Of a stretch of 64,000 nt of DNA, positions 59,142-64,000 are shown piece after piece. The DNA is taken from assembly GCA_963791795.1 (NCBI GenBank), contig CAWBTP010000010.1, positions 503,808 through 567,807 of the forward strand, written 5' to 3'. A model generated the notes under the pieces. That model searched no databases and was not told the origin of the DNA. It was given only the letters and a program-made list of their open reading frames with translations. Source of the stretch: an uncultured Acidimicrobiia bacterium (lineage in GTDB: Bacteria > Acidobacteriota > Terriglobia > Versatilivoradales > Versatilivoraceae). The translations under genes and the position numbers were made by a program. The number at the start of each line of letters is the position of its first letter. The stretch's first letter is position 1.

Positions 59142-60251
59142 CTACGACTTCGGTCTTGTATAGAAAGGAGTCTTGACGATCCTGGCCGGCACGGCCTGAG
59201 TTCGTACCTGGATCTCAATTTCTCTTCCCAGATCGCTGTGCGCAATAGGAACGTAAGCCAGGCCGATGTTCTTTTTTAGATACGGCGAAGGACCTCCGCT
59301 CGTGACAACGCCTGCCTGCTGTCCCTCGACGAGAACGGCATAGCCATCACGCCCGATGCCTTTGCCAACCATCTCGAAACCAACGAGCTTTTTTTGGATA
59401 CCGACGGCTTTTTGTCTAACCAGCGATTCCTTTCCCAGGAAGTCACTTTTGTCCAGCTTGACGACCCATGCGAGATCGGCTTCCCAGGGTGTTGTCTGAT
59501 CGGTGATTTCGTGCCCGTAGAGCGCCATCTTGGCTTCCAGCCGCAATGTGTTGCGCGCACCCAGCCCGGCGGGAATCAACCCGTCAGCGGAACCTGCATC
59601 CATCAATAAGTTCCAAACATGTTCAGAGTGTTCCGGATCGAAATAGAGCTCAAAGCCGTCTTCTCCGGTGTAGCCTGTGCGAGTAATAAGGCAATCGAGT
59701 TCGCCAACCTTACCCCGCTTTAGCCAATAGTACTTGATGGCTGCCAGATCGGTGTTGACCAAGGGTTGCAGAATCTTCACAGCTTTCGGGCCTTGCAGAG
59801 CGAGTTGGCTGTACTGGTCGCTGACGTACACAACTTCGGCTTCGAACGTATTGTGGTCGCAGATCCAATCGAAGTCTTTCTCGGCATTGGACGCGTTGAC
59901 GCACAGGAAGTAACGGTCAGCGCTGAACCGATGCACCAGGATGTCGTCAACGAAGGTTCCTTCAGGAGTCAGCAGGGCCGAGTATTGGACCTGGTCGTCT
60001 TTGAGTCGAGAAGCGTCGTTGCAGGTGAGATGCTGAATGAGGCGAAGACTCTCCGGACCCTCGATGAGGATTTCTCCCATGTGGCTGATATCGAACAGGC
60101 CAGCGGCGGTCCGAACGGCGAGATGCTCCTGAATGATGCCGGAGTATTCGATGGGCATGTCCCATCCGCCAAACTCTGCCATCCGGGCATCCAGTTTCTT
60201 GTGAAGGGGATGGAGGGCCGTTTTTCTCAAGCCAACTGTGGGAGAATTCAT
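59142..60251 (-). CDS. gcvT: Glycine cleavage system T protein (aminomethyltransferase)
   Basis: GcvT family. Start at the internal ATG (MNSPTVGLRKTALHP). Confidence 0.9.
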   Translation of the reverse strand: MNSPTVGLRKTALHPLHKKLDARMAEFGGWDMPIEYSGIIQEHLAVRTAAGLFDISHMGEILIEGPESLRLIQHLTCNDASRLKDDQVQYSALLTPEGTFVDDILVHRFSADRYFLCVNASNAEKDFDWICDHNTFEAEVVYVSDQYSQLALQGPKAVKILQPLVNTDLAAIKYYWLKRGKVGELDCLITRTGYTGEDGFELYFDPEHSEHVWNLLMDAGSADGLIPAGLGARNTLRLEAKMALYGHEITDQTTPWEADLAWVVKLDKSDFLGKESLVRQKAVGIQKKLVGFEMVGKGIGRDGYAVLVEGQQAGVVTSGGPSPYLKKNIGLAYVPIAHSDLGREIEIQVRTQAVPARIVKTPFYTRPKS

Positions 60252-60546
60252 GACGCCTGAAGAACCGAACGAAAATCGATCCGAAAAAAAGCAGCGCAAA
60301 AACTAGCATACGCACCCAGGGGTGTCAAACCGGACCTTCCTCGCAGACCGACGTGCCTACTTTCCAGTCTGGAAGAGCTCTGGGCGATGAAAACATCATG
60401 AAAGAGACTCGTTGAATTCGCCGATGAGCAAGCACAGACAGGAAGAAATTAGGTAGTTTTCTGGCTTGCGTCGCCGCATTGAGCAGGCCGAGAATGGAAA
60501 TCGCACCTACACGTGTTCAGTTTAGGCTAGTTCTCAGGGAGGTCCT

Positions 60547-60705
60547 ATGTTCCTTTGTGTCACCTGCAGCAAGCTTGAGCAGCAATGCAAATGCGACCGC
60601 TTTTGCATGCTGTGCCAATCAGACCACCAAGTGCGTCTTTGCGAAGATGGGTATTACTACTGCAAGGACTGTCGCGACGCCTGTGACTTTCGTTCGGAAG
60701 AATGA
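60547..60705 (+). CDS. Putative 52-aa cysteine-rich small protein (10 Cys)
   Basis: ATG preceded by AGGGAGG at -7. MFLCVTCSKLEQQCKCDRFCMLCQSDHQVRLCEDGYYYCKDCRDACDFRSEE. Not in the ORF track (under 60 aa). Confidence 0.35.
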   Translation: MFLCVTCSKLEQQCKCDRFCMLCQSDHQVRLCEDGYYYCKDCRDACDFRSEE

Positions 60706-60991
60706 CTGACACCAAGCAAAAGCCTGCACCAGAATGCTGATTGTTGTCACTCCTAGTTGCTGTGCGGGCGACTCGCAACCGAGCTCCCGAAGCCACAAAT
60801 GTGGGTGCGCTACAAGTCAGTCGTGGTCCCAAGCAACCGCAGTCCTTACGAAAATGACATCGGTGAGGTTCCAAGAGCCGTGCCTCCAGGAACCGCTGCA
60901 AATTGGGCTTTTGCACCCTCCTGAATCAGCGTCTTCGCTGGCTTGTCAGGCTTGTGTTCCTGTGGCGATTTCCAGCAACTCAAGGTAAGCT

Positions 60992-62863
60992 TTGCGACAT
61001 CTAAAGAGTATGGCGGATTACGCAATCTGGGGGATGCCCTTGATTAAACCGAGTTCTGCGCAGAATGCACCGGCAGTTTCAGTAGAGACTTTGGTCGATC
61101 TTCTTGAGCACGCCTGCGACACGTTTCGAAAGCCCGACGCCCTGCAAGTGAAACGGAATGGCGTGTATCAGCCAATCACTTCGCAAGAGCTTCAGGAAAG
61201 GGTCCAGCGGGTTGGCGCGGGCCTGGCAAAACTGGGATTCAAAAAGGGCGACCGGATTGCCTTGCTTTCAGAGAATCGTCCCGAGTGGGCCATTTCTGAT
61301 CAGGGAATTCTATCCATCGGCGCGATCAACGTGCCGTTCTACGTCACTCTCCCCGCTGTGCAGATTGCCGATCTCCTCCTCGATTCGGAAGCCGGCGCGA
61401 TTATTGTTTCCACACAGCTTCAACTGGAAAAGGTATTGAGCGTCGCAGCACAGATTCCCAGCCTTCGGCAGATCGTTATTATGGACACGGTGAACGGAGC
61501 CCCACCGCAAGTAATGCCGTTTGAGACATTGATGGAAATCGGCCGCGGTGCGCTGCAGGAGAATCGGGCCGCTTTCGTGGCAATGCGTGAGAATGTGCAG
61601 GCCGATGATGTGGCCAGCATCATTTACACCTCCGGAACCACCGGGATACCCAAGGGCGTGATGCTCACTCATCGCAACATTGTTACCAATGTGCTTGACT
61701 GCGCTGAGGTGTTTGAGCTCTCAGCTTCCGATGTGACGCTTTCGTTCCTACCGCTTTGCCATATTTTCCAACGCACTGTGGATTACCTGATGCTGTCGCA
61801 GGGCGTGAGCATCGCTTATGCGGAAAACTTTGAGACGGTGCCCCAGAACATGCAGGAAGTGCATCCGACGGCCGTAAGCAGTGTCCCCCGCTTTTTTGAG
61901 AAGATGTATGCGCGCATTAACGACGCTATAAGGTCAAGCCCGCCGAAGAAGCAGAAAGTGACGATGTGGGCGCTCGGTGTTGGCAAAGACTACGGCCAGC
62001 GAGTCCTCAATAAGCAGCCCGTGCCCAGCGTCCTCAAACTGAAGCATGCCGTCGCAGATCGATTGGTATTCACCAAGCTTCGCGCAAAACTGGGCGGACG
62101 TCTGCGCTTCTTTATTTCTGGCGGCGCCCCGCTGGACAAGGACCTGGCAGACTTCTTTTTCAGCGTTGGCGTGATGATCCTCGAAGGATATGGGTTGACC
62201 GAAACTTCCCCGGTGATCACCGTGAACCGCAGTCAGAGTTTCAAGCTTGGAACAGTTGGCCAAGCGCTGCGGCACGTTGAAGTCAAAATTGCTGAAGACG
62301 GAGAGATTCTTACTCGCGGACCAGCCGTGATGAAAGGTTACTACAAACGAGAAGCGGACACGCGCGAGGCAATGGCTGGAGGATGGTTTCACACGGGTGA
62401 CATCGGAAGCCTCGATGCGCAGGGCTTTCTCAGGATTACTGACCGGAAGAAGGACCTGATCGTGACTGCCAGCGGCAAGAACGTGGCTCCACAAAAGATT
62501 GAAGGGATGCTCAAGACAAATCCCTACTTTGTCAGTGTGGTTGCCGTAGGCGATCAGCGGCCGTTCATCTCTGCCCTGGTCGTGCCCAATGCGGAGAAAC
62601 TAAAGGCACAGGCAGATTCCATGGGTCTGAACTCTCGAAGCTACGCGGATCTTTTGTGCTCGCCTGCGGTGAACGAGTTTCTGATGGCGCAGATCCAGGC
62701 AGCCACGCGCGATCTGGCTCCCTTCGAACAGATCAAGCGAATTCAGCTGTTGGAGAATGACTTCACCATTGCGACCGGTGAGCTCACCCCCAAGATGAGT
62801 GTTCGCCGGCGGTTCGTGGAGGCGAAGTATAAACATTTGATTGATCAGATGTACGCTTGCTAG
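60992..62863 (+). CDS. Long-chain fatty-acid--CoA ligase (AMP-dependent synthetase)
   Basis: AMP-binding motif YTSGTTGIPKGV and adenylate-forming domain architecture. Start may be the ATG at 61010. Confidence 0.85.
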   Translation: MRHLKSMADYAIWGMPLIKPSSAQNAPAVSVETLVDLLEHACDTFRKPDALQVKRNGVYQPITSQELQERVQRVGAGLAKLGFKKGDRIALLSENRPEWAISDQGILSIGAINVPFYVTLPAVQIADLLLDSEAGAIIVSTQLQLEKVLSVAAQIPSLRQIVIMDTVNGAPPQVMPFETLMEIGRGALQENRAAFVAMRENVQADDVASIIYTSGTTGIPKGVMLTHRNIVTNVLDCAEVFELSASDVTLSFLPLCHIFQRTVDYLMLSQGVSIAYAENFETVPQNMQEVHPTAVSSVPRFFEKMYARINDAIRSSPPKKQKVTMWALGVGKDYGQRVLNKQPVPSVLKLKHAVADRLVFTKLRAKLGGRLRFFISGGAPLDKDLADFFFSVGVMILEGYGLTETSPVITVNRSQSFKLGTVGQALRHVEVKIAEDGEILTRGPAVMKGYYKREADTREAMAGGWFHTGDIGSLDAQGFLRITDRKKDLIVTASGKNVAPQKIEGMLKTNPYFVSVVAVGDQRPFISALVVPNAEKLKAQADSMGLNSRSYADLLCSPAVNEFLMAQIQAATRDLAPFEQIKRIQLLENDFTIATGELTPKMSVRRRFVEAKYKHLIDQMYAC

Positions 62864-63148
62864 CCACTGAGACACGGAGAAGAGTAGGACGCAGATTGCG
62901 CAGACGAACGCAGATAAGCGGGTCGAAGCCGACTCTTCGAAGGCTCGACAACTCAGAATTCTCGAATTCGTGCCGACGCGATGGCAACAATCGGGTGGTC
63001 GGTCGGGACTAGAGACCACAATGTTTTGCCTCGTTTCGGTCGGGGTTTCGGGCCGAGGCGATCTGATCTGCGTTCATCTGCGCAATCTGCGTCCAGATTT
63101 TTTCAGGATCTCCGTGTCTCTGTGGTCTGCATTATTGCGGCGGGGGAT

Positions 63149-64000
63149 ATGACAAAGCGGATTGAGAGAGTTGCAGTAGTTGGCGCCGGAGTCATGGGTG
63201 CGGCCATTGCGGCGCATTTTGTGAACGCACAATTTTCTGTCGATCTGTTGGACATCGTTCCGAAGGAACTTACTCCGGAAGAGAAAGCCAAGGGTTTGAC
63301 CTTGGCTCACCCAGCGGTGCGCAATCGGATTGTCACTCGCGGGCTCGAAGCGGCCAAGCGAAGTAAACCAACGGCGTTCTTTCTGCCCGAATGGCTGAAT
63401 CGGGTCCGGCAAGGCAACCTTGAAGATGACTTTGCGCGGCTGGCGGAAGCCGATTGGATCATCGAAGCCGTCACCGAGAATCTCGAAATCAAAACCAGTC
63501 TGTTGAAAAGGATCGATGCTGTCCGAAAACCGGGAACTATCGTGTCGACCAACACTTCAGGCATTCCAGTCAACAGTCTTTCCTCGGGACTCAGCTCTGA
63601 TTTTCGTCGCCACTGGCTGGGCACGCACTTCTTCAATCCACCGCGCTACATGAAACTGCTAGAGGTGATTCCTGGCAGCGAGACCGAGCCTTGGGTTCTT
63701 GAAACGGTCTCCGCAGTGGGCGACCTACGACTCGGCAAGGGCATTGTGGTTTGCAAGGACACTCCTAACTTCATTGCAAACCGCATTGGCACTTTCGGGC
63801 TGCAGCATGTCTTGCTCGTCATGCAGGAGGATGGCTACACCATTGATGAAGTGGATCAATTGACAGGGCCTGCCATCGGCAGACCGAAGAGCGCAACTTT
63901 CCGTACGTTGGACATTGTGGGCCTCGACACTTTTGCACATGTAACGCGAAACATTTACCAGAATGTTCCACACGATGAGCAGCGAGAACTCTTCAAGGTT
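63149..64000 (+). CDS. 3-hydroxyacyl-CoA dehydrogenase family protein (FadN/FadJ-like), 3'-truncated by window end
   Basis: VAVVGAGVMGAAIA NAD-binding motif and the 3HCDH_N pattern. The open frame runs to the window edge. Confidence 0.85.
   Translation, partial: MTKRIERVAVVGAGVMGAAIAAHFVNAQFSVDLLDIVPKELTPEEKAKGLTLAHPAVRNRIVTRGLEAAKRSKPTAFFLPEWLNRVRQGNLEDDFARLAEADWIIEAVTENLEIKTSLLKRIDAVRKPGTIVSTNTSGIPVNSLSSGLSSDFRRHWLGTHFFNPPRYMKLLEVIPGSETEPWVLETVSAVGDLRLGKGIVVCKDTPNFIANRIGTFGLQHVLLVMQEDGYTIDEVDQLTGPAIGRPKSATFRTLDIVGLDTFAHVTRNIYQNVPHDEQRELFKV

Noticed and set aside
60252-60546. Candidate glycine riboswitch upstream of gcvT
   Set aside because: I inspected the transcribed strand for the conserved aptamer core (ACCGAAGGNGCAA and CUCUGGAGAG) and found no convincing match. 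I could not run a covariance model, so it is left as an open check rather than a feature.
1-64000. CRISPR arrays, transposases/IS elements, integrases, tRNA/rRNA genes
   Set aside because: No regularly spaced direct repeats, no DDE/tyrosine-recombinase-like ORFs and no structured-RNA gene signatures were seen. The window appears to be core chromosome plus signalling and accessory metabolism.

Overview
The window is a GC-rich (~58-60%) bacterial chromosomal segment whose gene content and domain repertoire look Acidobacteria-like. Most of it is housekeeping genes: a DtxR/MntR-mntH-uspA operon, tatC, asnS, an arginase, ddl, acnA, gcvT-gcvH-gcvPA, map, an xdh/cox-type molybdoenzyme trio, an ABC exporter with LolA-like partners, and fatty-acid beta-oxidation genes at the 3' end. 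Two loci stand out. The first (12.0-18.2 kb, minus strand) is a dense signalling island. It contains a GAF-HK-pseudoREC-REC-Hpt hybrid kinase, two response regulators carrying an unnamed Cys/His-rich C-terminal module (LLPICSYCKKIRDD...FSHSxCPxC), a pseudo-receiver fused to an RsbW-type GHKL serine kinase, coupled DUF3391 and HDOD genes, and a decayed receiver-gene remnant. The second (41.3-45.3 kb) pairs a GT21/HpnI-like membrane glycosyltransferase with a radical-SAM/SPASM enzyme and an unusual pseudo-receiver-TM-TonB_C fusion protein. Other points of interest are two non-homologous mannonate-dehydratase-type enzymes (UxuA-like and ManD-like), both with twin-arginine signals, flanking tatC; a divergent Hfq-like protein; and a strong-RBS 52-aa ORF with 10 cysteines. 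At least eight genes, including the essential ddl and map, are interrupted by apparent frameshifts (about one per 8 kb), which argues for assembly indel errors rather than eight independent pseudogenes. No CRISPR arrays, tRNA or rRNA genes, or mobile elements were recognised.
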